This document shows, piece by piece, positions 46,661 to 56,503 of a stretch of DNA of 62,519 bases. Within the stretch, counting starts at the first letter, position 1, and the number at the start of each line of letters is the position of its first letter. A program made the translations under genes and the position numbers. The stretch is taken from assembly GCA_017962275.1 (NCBI GenBank), contig JAGCVQ010000070.1, positions 1 through 62,519 on the forward strand, given 5' to 3'. The DNA is from Bacteroidales bacterium. GTDB taxonomy: Bacteria; Bacteroidota; Bacteroidia; Bacteroidales; WCHB1-69. The notes beneath the pieces were generated by a model that ran no database searches, was not told where the DNA came from, and saw only the letters and a list, made by a program, of their open reading frames with translations.

Positions 46661-48733
46661 ATGATCAACCCCAAATTATTAGACCCGAAAAGCATCGTGA
46701 TATGCGGTGCATCCAGTGACATTCACAAACCCGGCGGAAAGGCCTTGAAGAACCTCTTGGAGAGTGCGTTCAAAGGCGATGTCTATGCCGTCAACCCCAA
46801 GGAGTCCGAAGTGCAGGGCGTGAAATGCTACGCCAAGGTCGATGACCTCCCACAGGTCGATTGTGCCATTCTCTGCATTGCGGCCAAGTTCTGTGCCCAG
46901 ACAGTAGATGTGCTGGCCAAGGAGAAAGGCTGCCGAGGTTTCATCATCGTCAGCGCTGGCTTCTCAGAAGAGAGCCACGAAGGTGCCGAAATCGAAAAAC
47001 ACATTGTGGACACCATCAACAGTGTCGGTGGCTCGCTCATCGGCCCCAACTGCACGGGCTTCCTCAACACCAACTACAGCGGCTGCTTCGACACGCCGAT
47101 CCCGAAACTCGACCCCAAGGGTGTCGATTTCATCACCGGTTCCGGTGCCACGGCTGTGTTCATCAAGGAATACGGCATGAGCAACGGTCTGAAGTTCAAC
47201 AGCGTGTGGGCCGTGGGCAACAGCGCGCAACTCGGTATCGAGGATGTGCTCGAGCATTTGGACGAGACCTTCGATCCTGAGAAGTCCTCACACGTCATCA
47301 TGCTCTACATGGAGAAGATCGGTGATCCAATGCGTCTGCTGAAACATAGCCGAAACCTTATCAACAAGGGTTGCCACATCGCCGCCATCAAGAGCGGTGG
47401 TAGTGCCGCTGGTTCCCGTGCCGCTTCTTCACATACCGGCGCATTGGCCACCAACGATGCTGCCGTGGATGCCCTTTTCCAAAAGGCGGGCATCGTGCGC
47501 TGTCAGAACCGTCAGGAGCTGACCACCGTCTGCGGTGTCTTCATGCACCCTGAAATCAAGGGCAAGCGTTGCGCCGTCATCACGCACGCCGGCGGTCCGG
47601 CCGTGATGCTCACCGACGTGCTGTCGAACGGCGGCATTGAAGTTCCCCCGTTGAAGGATCACCCCGCCAGCCCCGCCCTCTTGGCGAAGTTGTTCGGCGG
47701 CTCCTCCGTGGGCAACCCCATCGACTTTTTGGCTACCGGCACGGCCGAACAGCTCGGCTACATCATCGACACGGTCGAGAACGAATACGACGAGATCGAC
47801 TTCTCCGTGGTCATCTTCGGTTCCCCCGGATTGTTCAGCAACAAAGAGGTTTACGACCTGTTGGACGAGAAGATGAAGACCTGCAAGAAGCCCATCTTCC
47901 CGGTTCTGCCGTCTATTATCAACGTGAAGCAGGAAATCGAGGACTTCATCGCCAAGGGCCGCATCAACTTCCCCGAGGAGTGCGTCCTGGGCAATGCCCT
48001 CGTGAAAGTCTATAACACCCCGAAACCGCAACCCGAGCATGTGGAGCTGCCGCAGGTCGATGTGGCCCGCATCCGCGCCACCGTCGATCGCTGCAAAGAC
48101 GGTTACATGGAAATTGCCGACTACAACGAGCTTTTGGACGCCGCCGGCATCAGCCGCAAGAAATCTGTGGAGGTCTCCAAGAAGGAGGACGCCCTGGCAT
48201 TCGCCAAGGAGGTCGGCTGCAGCAAGGACGTGCCGTTGGTGATGAAGGTTGTCGGCCCGTTGCACAAGAGCGACGTGGGCGGTGTGACCCTCGGAGTGAA
48301 AGACTTGGACACTGTCGCCAAGGAGTTCGACCGTTTGATTGTCATCCCCGAGACCTACGCCGTGGAGATGTACCCGATGTTGGACGGCACGGACGTCTAT
48401 ATCGGTGCCATCCGTGACGACAAGTTCGGTCATCAGATTTTCTTCGGCTTGGGCGGCATCTTCATCGAGGTGCTGAAGGACGTGCAGAGCGCGTTGGCAC
48501 CCATCACCGCTGCCGAGGCCAAGGAGATGCTCACGAAGCTTCGTGGTTACAAGATCCTGCAGGGCGTGCGCGGTCAGGAGCCTGTGAATCTCGACCTTTA
48601 CGCCGACCAGATCGCCCGCGTGAGCGCGCTGGTGCAGGCCGCTCCCGAAATCGCGGAGATGGACCTCAACCCGCTGTTAGGCAACCCGCGCTACGTCACC
48701 GCCGTGGATGCCCGCATCCGACTGGAAAAGTAA
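46661..48733 (+). CDS. Acetate/acyl-CoA ligase (ADP-forming), fused alpha-beta
   Basis: GPNCTG, SHTGALA (phospho-His), NPID, HKSDVGGV, DLNPL, DARI. Confidence 0.9.
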   Translation: MINPKLLDPKSIVICGASSDIHKPGGKALKNLLESAFKGDVYAVNPKESEVQGVKCYAKVDDLPQVDCAILCIAAKFCAQTVDVLAKEKGCRGFIIVSAGFSEESHEGAEIEKHIVDTINSVGGSLIGPNCTGFLNTNYSGCFDTPIPKLDPKGVDFITGSGATAVFIKEYGMSNGLKFNSVWAVGNSAQLGIEDVLEHLDETFDPEKSSHVIMLYMEKIGDPMRLLKHSRNLINKGCHIAAIKSGGSAAGSRAASSHTGALATNDAAVDALFQKAGIVRCQNRQELTTVCGVFMHPEIKGKRCAVITHAGGPAVMLTDVLSNGGIEVPPLKDHPASPALLAKLFGGSSVGNPIDFLATGTAEQLGYIIDTVENEYDEIDFSVVIFGSPGLFSNKEVYDLLDEKMKTCKKPIFPVLPSIINVKQEIEDFIAKGRINFPEECVLGNALVKVYNTPKPQPEHVELPQVDVARIRATVDRCKDGYMEIADYNELLDAAGISRKKSVEVSKKEDALAFAKEVGCSKDVPLVMKVVGPLHKSDVGGVTLGVKDLDTVAKEFDRLIVIPETYAVEMYPMLDGTDVYIGAIRDDKFGHQIFFGLGGIFIEVLKDVQSALAPITAAEAKEMLTKLRGYKILQGVRGQEPVNLDLYADQIARVSALVQAAPEIAEMDLNPLLGNPRYVTAVDARIRLEK

Positions 48734-48780
48734 TCGCGGAAATATTCGCGGAAACGCGGAAAAACGCGGAAACCATGCGT

Positions 48781-48816
48781 GTAGGGCTGTCGCAATGCGG
48801 CAGCCCTGCGTTTTTA
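48781..48816 (+). terminator. GTAG-like palindrome followed by a T run (probable terminator)
   Basis: GTAGGGCTGTCGCAATGCGGCAGCCCTGC GTTTTT. Confidence 0.55.
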
Positions 48817-48835
48817 TATGCGGCGGGACCACATA

Positions 48836-49852
48836 TCATTCCATCATATTCTGGATTTCGTCCATCCCGACACCGGTTATGTCAGCCACCCGCTCGGGAG
48901 CGAGACCGTTTTCGAGCATTTTGCGTAGGATTTCTTGACGTCCCTGCACAAGTCCTTGCTGCATCCCCTGCCGCATCCCACGTTCAAAACCGTCATGTTC
49001 CGCGTCTTCGCGCTCACATTCGACCATCTCCTGAACATCTTCGTGCTCCAGCAAACTTTTGACATAGACCTGCTTTTCCATAGCGGTAAAATTTGTAATT
49101 TGACATTCCTCATAGAAACGCAATTGCATGGGCGTCAGTACTTCAATCTCCTTTTTCGGCATATACACCACATTTGTGAACATGTAAAGCAGACGATTGC
49201 GTTCGTCGCTCATGTCAAGCGTCTCCAATTGCGCGGCAAATTTACTTAATTCAACGAAATAATAAACAATATTTTTCGATAAAATTTTGTTGTCATCATC
49301 TTTATGGTATATTTTCCAGAAAAACCTCTTGCGCCCTTTGAACTCCTGCATGTTATAACTCATTAAATTGAAGGAATATACATGTGGTACATGCTTGTAA
49401 TGCCTGTCTTTTTTGTCCCAGTTCTGCACGGTGGCAAGACTAGTATATACACGCAACCTGTCAACATAATGTTGCTGCTTGCCGTTCTGCATCTCTACGA
49501 TGAAGCGACGGCCATCCTGATTTTTACAGTAAAGGTCGAACCGCACGTACTTATCCTCTTCACTGATGCCAAGCAACTCGGTAGGCAGGTATGTGATGTC
49601 GGTGATGATGCCAGTGTCCTCGGAAATGAAGGCATTGAGAAGGTGGATGAGGATGTCCTTGTTTCGCTCGGAGGCAAGCAACCGTTTGAACCCGAAGTCG
49701 GAGAGCGGATTAATGACCTCCAAGTTGTACTTCTTGATGTATTCTTCGGTCTCTTTCAGGCTTGGGAGACCCTTTTTGCTTTCATTTGTTGCTTTCGCGG
49801 ATTGCTGCAACTTCGCTTTCTTTAATTTTTGTCTTCTTGCTTTTTTTGCCAT
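48836..49852 (-). CDS. Rpn family PD-(D/E)XK nuclease (recombination-promoting nuclease / putative transposase)
   Basis: NPLSDFGFKRL, FDLYC, IVEMQ, ELSKF, C-terminal GMRQGMQQG...ADITG. Confidence 0.88.
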   Translation of the reverse strand: MAKKARRQKLKKAKLQQSAKATNESKKGLPSLKETEEYIKKYNLEVINPLSDFGFKRLLASERNKDILIHLLNAFISEDTGIITDITYLPTELLGISEEDKYVRFDLYCKNQDGRRFIVEMQNGKQQHYVDRLRVYTSLATVQNWDKKDRHYKHVPHVYSFNLMSYNMQEFKGRKRFFWKIYHKDDDNKILSKNIVYYFVELSKFAAQLETLDMSDERNRLLYMFTNVVYMPKKEIEVLTPMQLRFYEECQITNFTAMEKQVYVKSLLEHEDVQEMVECEREDAEHDGFERGMRQGMQQGLVQGRQEILRKMLENGLAPERVADITGVGMDEIQNMME

Positions 49853-50209
49853 GACTTTTTTGTTTTTGATTTGTTATTTTGTTTGTTGTGATTTGACGGT
49901 TGCCCGTAGAGAGGATGCTTCATCGTCTTTACAACAGCGTGTTGCCACACTCCTGCGGACAACCGTTTTTTCCATCTGCAAATATACAACAGGAAAAGAC
50001 TTTTGTCAATAGTTTCATAAAATTTATTTGTCGCTGGTTCTCAACAAACTATGATTATCATATTAACAATTCGAGACCGAATAGTTAATTTTCGGATCGG
50101 ATTTTCGCAGAAAATGTTTGGGTCACACTCGCGAATGCAATGAGTGGAATCGCTGACTCGCCATGGCGCAATATTTTTTCATCCCAACATGTCGCAATGT
50201 AAAAAATGT

Positions 50210-50548
50210 TATTTTTGCAGTGTCGTTTCGTCCGAAGCCCAAGGGTGCGATGTTTCCAAGCGTCGTACTATTTTTGGCGAGTACGCGGGCGGGCGACGGA
50301 CATATAAAAGGCGTTGAGTCAACGTCTTATCTGCGGCGTATCGAACTTCGCAAATTCAATATCCATCCGCATGATAAGGCAATGGTCAATGTCCATGGTT
50401 TGTATATTCATAAAACGGATATTCCCCAATATTCGTTTCGATATACATACAGCGTGGGCTTCGGCATTGCTTATCCTCGGATGGAAGGCAATGCGAAGGC
50501 CTGATACGCGGGATGAGCGATGAGTTCAGATTCCCGCGCTTTTTTTAT
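50210..50548 (+). promoter_or_regulatory. TATTTTTG promoter followed by a long structured leader ending in a terminator-like hairpin
   Basis: CGCGGGA..TCCCGCG + T7 at ~50507-50547; further hairpins at 50221-50302 and 50456-50502. Confidence 0.5.
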
Positions 50549-50619
50549 GTCGCGATTGGGAAATCAACAATCAAGGTTCCGTGCAGGGAGTCCGCGGAAC
50601 GACATAAAAAAGAACAAAA

Positions 50620-51300
50620 ATGAGAAAGTTAGCGATTGTTTTCATGAGTTTGCTCGTGTTCGGTGCTGCCAGTGCCCAGAATGCAGACGACTACAAAGCT
50701 TTCATCAAAGAGCGCAAAGCCATTCAAAAATTGGTGAAGCAGGAACGCGATGAGAAGGTTTCGAAAGAGGTCAAAAAGATGGCCAAGAAGTATGCCAAAG
50801 AGGGTTGGAAAGTCTCTGTTGGCGCGCTACCCATCGAAAAGCAGCTTGAGAAATCCTTCCAAATGCAGTATGAGTTTGACATCGAGAACGGAATGCCCAA
50901 ATACATCAAAGGTGAGGGCAAAGCCATCAGTACCAGTTATGATGCCGCGAAAATGCAAGCCATGGCGGATGCAAGAGTTGATCTTGCGGGCAATATCCAA
51001 ACCGAGGTAGCAGCCATTATTGAAGAACGGTTAGCCAACCAAGAATTGGGGAAAAACGAAGCCGTGGCTGTCTCCAATGCTATACAGGTTTCCAAACAGT
51101 ACATTGTCCAGTCCATAGGTCGAGTAATAACGGTTATCGAATGTTACAGAGAACACAAGAACAAAAATTATGAAGTAAGGGTGATGATTATGTACAACGG
51201 AGAAATGGCTTACCAAACCGTAAAGAAATCCGTGAAGGAAGAGTTGGAAAAGAGAGGGGACGAATTGTCGAAAGAACTGGATAAGTTGTTGGGATTCTGA
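50620..51300 (+). CDS. Secreted LPP20-like hypothetical protein
   Basis: Signal peptide; AKMQAMADARVDLAGNIQTEV pattern. Confidence 0.7.
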   Translation: MRKLAIVFMSLLVFGAASAQNADDYKAFIKERKAIQKLVKQERDEKVSKEVKKMAKKYAKEGWKVSVGALPIEKQLEKSFQMQYEFDIENGMPKYIKGEGKAISTSYDAAKMQAMADARVDLAGNIQTEVAAIIEERLANQELGKNEAVAVSNAIQVSKQYIVQSIGRVITVIECYREHKNKNYEVRVMIMYNGEMAYQTVKKSVKEELEKRGDELSKELDKLLGF

Positions 51301-51321
51301 TAATTAATGGATGATAATGGT

Positions 51322-52623
51322 ATGAAAAGAGTATTCTTTTTCATCTTCGTGTTATCCCTCATTGGGCACACTTTATGTGCGCAAAACGTGAATGGCTATC
51401 GTCACAAACTCGCCGTATATGTAACGGTCACGGGAATTCAGGATGAACTGAGTACTATTATGTCCATCGCACAAAGCACAGCTGCCAACAAATTGATCAA
51501 TAGTGGCAAGTATGTAATGATTGAGCGTTCCGATGATTTTCTGGAACAGATCAAAAATGAGCAACTATTTCAGGGTTCAGGCGATGTGCGTGATGACCAA
51601 ATTTCACAAATCGGTGCCAGTTATGGTGCGGAAAAAATATGTGTGGTGGGCATTTCCATTAGTGGCAGTTACTTGTATGTTGCAGCCCGCATTGTGGATG
51701 TGGTCACTAAAACTGCCTCCGAATCCGGGGAAGCGGACAACAACAGTTACAGCGTTTCGGAAATCAAACCCACAGTGTCCATTGCTATTGACCAATTACT
51801 TGGCGCAAATGCTTCCGATGTGTATAGAAATCAAGCACCGGCGGCTTTTTCACCTGCTATCAATCCTTCCGTCAGTTCCGATAAGAGCTTTGAAGTGAAG
51901 GATGTTACATTCAAGATGGTTTTTGTACAAGGAGGCACATTTCAGATGGGCGATGAGAATGGCAGCGAGGATCAGAGACCTGTTCACAGTGTCAAGGTGA
52001 GCGATTTCTATATAGGGGAGTTTGAGGTGACTCAGGAACTATGGAAGGCGGTGATGGGGACCTCCATTATACAACAGCGGGACAAGGCATGCACCAAATG
52101 GTCAACGTATGGTGTCGGGGCACATTATCCCATGTACTATGTGAACTATTACGAAGTAACCGAGTTCTGCAACCGGCTCAACAAATTGTTGCGCAAGAAA
52201 CTCCCATCCAGCTATCAGTTTGCTCTGCCGACAGAGGCACAATGGGAATATGCGGCACGAGGCGGCAACAAAACGAAGTCGTGTAAGTATGCTGGCAGCA
52301 ACATCATTTTGGACGTGGCCTATTATAAGGATAATTCCGACAAATCCACACAACAAGTCGGCACCAAGCAGCCAAATGAGTTAGGGGTGTTTGATATGAG
52401 CGGTAACGTTTGGGAGTGGTGTGCAGACTGGTACGACAAAAACTACTATATTGTTTCCCCCACTCAAAACCCTCGTGGTGCTTCCTCTGGCTCGTTCCGT
52501 GTGCTTCGTGGCGGTGATTGGCGCAGCTACGCAACAGAATGCCAAGTGTCACACCGCAACTGTGACAGTCCTGGCAACTACGACGAACGTTACGGTTTCC
52601 GTATTGTTTTAGTCCGTCGTTAG
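51322..52623 (+). CDS. Formylglycine-generating-enzyme (SUMF1/FGE-sulfatase) domain protein with N-terminal CsgG/TolB-N-like domain
   Basis: GGTFQMG, EVTQ, LPTEAQWEYAARG, NELGVFDMSGNVWEW, RGGDW, GFR. Confidence 0.88.
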   Translation: MKRVFFFIFVLSLIGHTLCAQNVNGYRHKLAVYVTVTGIQDELSTIMSIAQSTAANKLINSGKYVMIERSDDFLEQIKNEQLFQGSGDVRDDQISQIGASYGAEKICVVGISISGSYLYVAARIVDVVTKTASESGEADNNSYSVSEIKPTVSIAIDQLLGANASDVYRNQAPAAFSPAINPSVSSDKSFEVKDVTFKMVFVQGGTFQMGDENGSEDQRPVHSVKVSDFYIGEFEVTQELWKAVMGTSIIQQRDKACTKWSTYGVGAHYPMYYVNYYEVTEFCNRLNKLLRKKLPSSYQFALPTEAQWEYAARGGNKTKSCKYAGSNIILDVAYYKDNSDKSTQQVGTKQPNELGVFDMSGNVWEWCADWYDKNYYIVSPTQNPRGASSGSFRVLRGGDWRSYATECQVSHRNCDSPGNYDERYGFRIVLVRR

Positions 52624-52681
52624 AAAACACTTGCTTTACGATTATTGACTACGATTTATAATTGATAAGATTTCAACTGAT

Positions 52682-53788
52682 ATGAACAAGAAATGTATAA
52701 TCACAAGTGTGTTTATCTTAATAGCCCTCTTATTGACGAGTTGGACAGACTCTGCTTCCGCCCAAGCCACTGGCGACAACGAGCGTTACAACCTGGCTGT
52801 ATATGCCACTGGTATTCAAAACGACCAGCCGCTTTCCACATCATTGCTAACAGTGGTGCAAAACAAAACCATCACTAAGCTTACAGGAGAAGGTAATTAT
52901 CGGCTAATTGAACGTTCCGGTGAGTTTCTGAAAGAAATCCAAAACGAGCAGAACATGCAGCAGTCGGGAGAGGTGGCGGATGGCCAGATTGCAGAACTTG
53001 GTGCAGGGTATGGCGCACAAAAAGTGTGTGTGGTAAGTGTCACAATCATAGACCACTATCTTTATATTGCCACCAGAATTGTAGATGTGACCACCAAAAC
53101 TTCTTACGAATCCGGGGATGCGGAAGACAACAATTTTACTTCCATTCCAATTCTGACAGGGACATTGGATAAGGCACTAAACAAGATGTTATCCTTTGCA
53201 AAAAAAACAATCAGTGCCGACACGCCTACACAACCTAAAGAGAGCATTGAATCCGCCAATCTCCCGTCCACAGCACTGGTCCAGCCTCTAACCCCACAAT
53301 TATCAGAGAACAATATATCTCGGCAAACCGAGGATCCTGCAGGGGACGTGTCCAAAGCAGAGGTGGCCAACGACAAGGCCAAGGTAGACTTATACTTAAA
53401 AGCTTACGAAGAATGGGTTGTAGAGGAAAACGGAAGTTTTTTGGATGTGAATAGTATGGCATATAAAGAATATCGAAAATATCGTGCAAATTTATTCTCA
53501 GGGCTGGTTCTTGTATCAGCAGGAATTCCTTTAAGTGCTATAGGTCTTGCCATCAACAGTTCATGGACCAAAGACTTTGAGGGTGGTTTGGTGTTTATGT
53601 CGATGTGGGGTACAGGACTAATAATGACGACAGTGGGAATAATACAGCTGTGTTGTATGAACAACCATTTGAAGAAGAGTTATTACTACTTCCTTAAGGG
53701 CGATCAGTACAGCGTTTCCTTACAGTTCTATCCCTATTATTATTGTGGGAACAACACGCTAGGTGCAGGTCTTTCGCTTCGGTTTTAA
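52682..53788 (+). CDS. Secreted protein: shared CsgG-like N-terminal domain plus hydrophobic hairpin and C-terminal beta-strand
   Basis: IERS..EQ..SGEVADGQIAELGAGYGAQKVCVV; ends GLSLRF. Confidence 0.75.
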   Translation: MNKKCIITSVFILIALLLTSWTDSASAQATGDNERYNLAVYATGIQNDQPLSTSLLTVVQNKTITKLTGEGNYRLIERSGEFLKEIQNEQNMQQSGEVADGQIAELGAGYGAQKVCVVSVTIIDHYLYIATRIVDVTTKTSYESGDAEDNNFTSIPILTGTLDKALNKMLSFAKKTISADTPTQPKESIESANLPSTALVQPLTPQLSENNISRQTEDPAGDVSKAEVANDKAKVDLYLKAYEEWVVEENGSFLDVNSMAYKEYRKYRANLFSGLVLVSAGIPLSAIGLAINSSWTKDFEGGLVFMSMWGTGLIMTTVGIIQLCCMNNHLKKSYYYFLKGDQYSVSLQFYPYYYCGNNTLGAGLSLRF

Positions 53789-53815
53789 TCAGACAGAAAT
53801 CATAATTCGAAAAAG

Positions 53816-55186
53816 ATGAAACGTATTTTACTTCTAAATCCCATATTCATCACAATCACTTTTTTATTGGTCTGTTTGCATATTAGGGCGCAAGTTCAGA
53901 ATACTGAAAACGAGCGCTATAACTTAGCCGTTTATGCTACCGGCACTCAAAATGCTCAGCCACTCTCTACTCCGTTGTTGACCATTGTGCAAAATAAGAC
54001 CATCACAAAACTCACAAGTGAGGGGAACTATCGCCTAATTGAGCGTTCCGAAGAATTCTTGCAGCAGATTAAAAAAGAACAGACAACGCAGCACTCAGGT
54101 GATGTTGCAGACGGGCAAATTGCAGAAATTGGCGCAGGATACGGAGCACAAAAGGTATGCGTGGTAAGTGTCACAATTCTTGATCAATATCTTTATATTG
54201 CCACAAGGATTGTTGATGTAGTCACTAAAACCTCCTACGAGTCTGGAGACGCGGAGAACGAAAGTTACACCTCTTTTTCCATACTTACGAAAACACTGGA
54301 GACGTCTCTAGAGAAAATGTTGTCTGTGTCAAAGAAAACTCACAATACGTCTGAAATTCCTGTGAAACCCATTCAACAAGAGCAGTCCAAAGAATCTGCA
54401 CAAATTGCAGAATCAAACAGATCCTCCAAGGAATCTACTACAACAATTGACCAAGCTGTAACATCTCAAAGATCAGATAATCATCAATCCTACCAAAACA
54501 ATTCCACGGTGGTCGAAACTTCTAACATTAAATCAGAATCAGTTCCTGGACTCAATGCTTATCAAAAACGGGAGATACCAGATCGCAATGTGTTCCTTGG
54601 GTTTAATTTGTCAGTTGGAATGCCAATGACGATGCCTTCCCATGATTCTTATTATGATGATTGGGAAGATTCAGATGGTCTTTATCATTCTCATGGGGAA
54701 AGGGATTTTTCTTTTGGGAAAGGATTGTGTCCTGAATTGGGGATGGATGTTGCATGGCCTGTTTCTAATAGATTTGCCATAGGATTTTACATTAATGTTG
54801 GTTTTACTTATACTTGGTGCAGAGAAATAGGTTATTATTATACTTCCATTGACTATTATTACTATAACGATCTTCATGATTCTGGTTCTTGGTTCCGTGA
54901 TCGTCATGGCGGTTTTGACGTGAAAATAGGTTTGTTAATGCTCGCAGGCAATCTTAATGCCCGACCGTTTATTATTGGCTTGGCACCTTGTTCTGGGTTC
55001 AATTACACATCCGACCAAATTTTTCTTCCTCTCGAATTGCGTTTTGGCAGAGTGCTGAGCAAACATTTTTACATGACGGGAAACATAAATGTCGGGTTTG
55101 GTTTAGATGATGTTCCTTTTATGGTTGAACCCAGCCTGACGATTGGCTGTCATTTTGGTGATAAAATCAAGATGAAGAAGAAATAA
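53816..55186 (+). CDS. Secreted protein: shared CsgG-like N-terminal domain plus putative beta-barrel
   Basis: N-terminal ~140 aa nearly identical to 52682 ORF; amphipathic C-terminal strands. Confidence 0.75.
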   Translation: MKRILLLNPIFITITFLLVCLHIRAQVQNTENERYNLAVYATGTQNAQPLSTPLLTIVQNKTITKLTSEGNYRLIERSEEFLQQIKKEQTTQHSGDVADGQIAEIGAGYGAQKVCVVSVTILDQYLYIATRIVDVVTKTSYESGDAENESYTSFSILTKTLETSLEKMLSVSKKTHNTSEIPVKPIQQEQSKESAQIAESNRSSKESTTTIDQAVTSQRSDNHQSYQNNSTVVETSNIKSESVPGLNAYQKREIPDRNVFLGFNLSVGMPMTMPSHDSYYDDWEDSDGLYHSHGERDFSFGKGLCPELGMDVAWPVSNRFAIGFYINVGFTYTWCREIGYYYTSIDYYYYNDLHDSGSWFRDRHGGFDVKIGLLMLAGNLNARPFIIGLAPCSGFNYTSDQIFLPLELRFGRVLSKHFYMTGNINVGFGLDDVPFMVEPSLTIGCHFGDKIKMKKK

Positions 55187-55252
55187 AGGGCAACAGAAGA
55201 GTAGTATTCGTAGGTATTGGTTCTGTAGATTAACAGTTTAACGACAAAATAC

Positions 55253-56332
55253 ATGACTAAAAATATCACAATCTTCATTTTAGTGCTAATGAGCTGGTTT
55301 TCATTAGAGTTGTTAGCACAGACTCCGCAGCCTACTTGGATTGTGGCCTCCATGCGTGATATTGAATACCCAACAAGCACCTACTTCTCGGAGTATACCG
55401 AAGGAAATCTCCGCTCCAATGAGAATGTTTCCAACTTGTTGGACAGACTCAAATCGGATGCACGACGCGGGGCGGCGGGTAGCATTCGCACTTTAATCCA
55501 TTCGGTGGTGGAGAAAACGGATCGGCAGGATACCTACGGCCACGATTTTCGGTTTACTTCAGTGTATCAAGACTATACACGTCAAATAGTTGATGCCGAC
55601 ATTGCTGGAATTCATATCGAAAGTTACTATGACGCGGGGCGAAAGTGGGGTTGTGCTTTCGCCTATGTGAAGAAAACAGAGCTTGCAGCTTACTATAGAG
55701 CTCAAATTGCCTTGCAACTCCAGCAGTTGGAAAATACTTTAATATTATCTGCCTCTCTTGTGAATAACGGAGAGAAAACAAAGGCGCGGAAGGTGTGCGA
55801 AGAGGCTTTGCAACCGTTGGCCCAAATCGAATTTGCGCAAGACCTGCTCACAGCCGTCTGTCCCGATGACACGACAGGAATGCAATTGTCCCAACTCTTT
55901 CGTCTCAAGAACGAACTATTGCAAACCCTTATCCGTCTGGAGCAAAGCATCTACATCTGTCTTCAATGCACCGAAACCAACTTCGGAAAAGCAGTTCGCA
56001 TCCTAGAGCCTGTGTTGAAGGACAGCATCACCACTAATCAATGTAGTCTCACCGACGATTCTTCTGAAGCCGATTACAGGATAACGGTCACGGCCTCCAC
56101 ACGAGAGCACGACGGCAACGTGGCGTTCGGCAACGGAGTAATGAAATATTCCTACGCCGATGCGGAAATAGAGGTTTATAGCAACCTTAAACGAAAAGTG
56201 ATCTACAACAATGTTATCTCAGTGAAAAACAGCCGTGACGGAGCCACCTACGACAGTGCAGGTCGCAACGCCTTGAAGATGGTTGCAGGTAAGGTGTGGG
56301 AGGAAGCAAAACCGTTTGTGTTAGGACAATAA
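55253..56332 (+). CDS. Secreted LPP20-like hypothetical protein
   Basis: Signal peptide, PTWI, ARRGAAGSIRTLI pattern. Confidence 0.65.
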   Translation: MTKNITIFILVLMSWFSLELLAQTPQPTWIVASMRDIEYPTSTYFSEYTEGNLRSNENVSNLLDRLKSDARRGAAGSIRTLIHSVVEKTDRQDTYGHDFRFTSVYQDYTRQIVDADIAGIHIESYYDAGRKWGCAFAYVKKTELAAYYRAQIALQLQQLENTLILSASLVNNGEKTKARKVCEEALQPLAQIEFAQDLLTAVCPDDTTGMQLSQLFRLKNELLQTLIRLEQSIYICLQCTETNFGKAVRILEPVLKDSITTNQCSLTDDSSEADYRITVTASTREHDGNVAFGNGVMKYSYADAEIEVYSNLKRKVIYNNVISVKNSRDGATYDSAGRNALKMVAGKVWEEAKPFVLGQ

Positions 56333-56386
56333 AGCGTGCCCTTTGTTGCGTGCCTCCGGCACGCCGCCACAGCACCCGCGTTCACC

Positions 56387-56445
56387 ACCCCACACTACGG
56401 CTGTCGCCTTGTGTGGGGTTATTAGAATGTCGTGCTTTCAGCACG
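56387..56445 (-). repeat. REP-A variant
   Basis: CCCCACACTACGGCTGTCGCCTTGTGTGGGGTTATTAG. Confidence 0.75.
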
Positions 56446-56503
56446 GTTCGACAACCATTTCTGCCCACATGCCTAACAAGTCCGCAGGCATCCTCTTGTC
56501 AAC

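Noticed and set aside
48836-49852. Rpn gene as an intact insertion sequence
   Set aside because: No terminal inverted repeats or target duplication found; the family's transposase role is unproven.
50163-50504. 113-aa ORF in the long intergenic region
   Set aside because: Spans the promoter box and RNA hairpins with no recognisable motifs; treated as non-coding.
52480-52623. FGE-domain C-terminus as a diversity-generating retroelement variable region
   Set aside because: No template repeat, reverse transcriptase or avd gene seen in the window; a trans-acting DGR elsewhere cannot be excluded.
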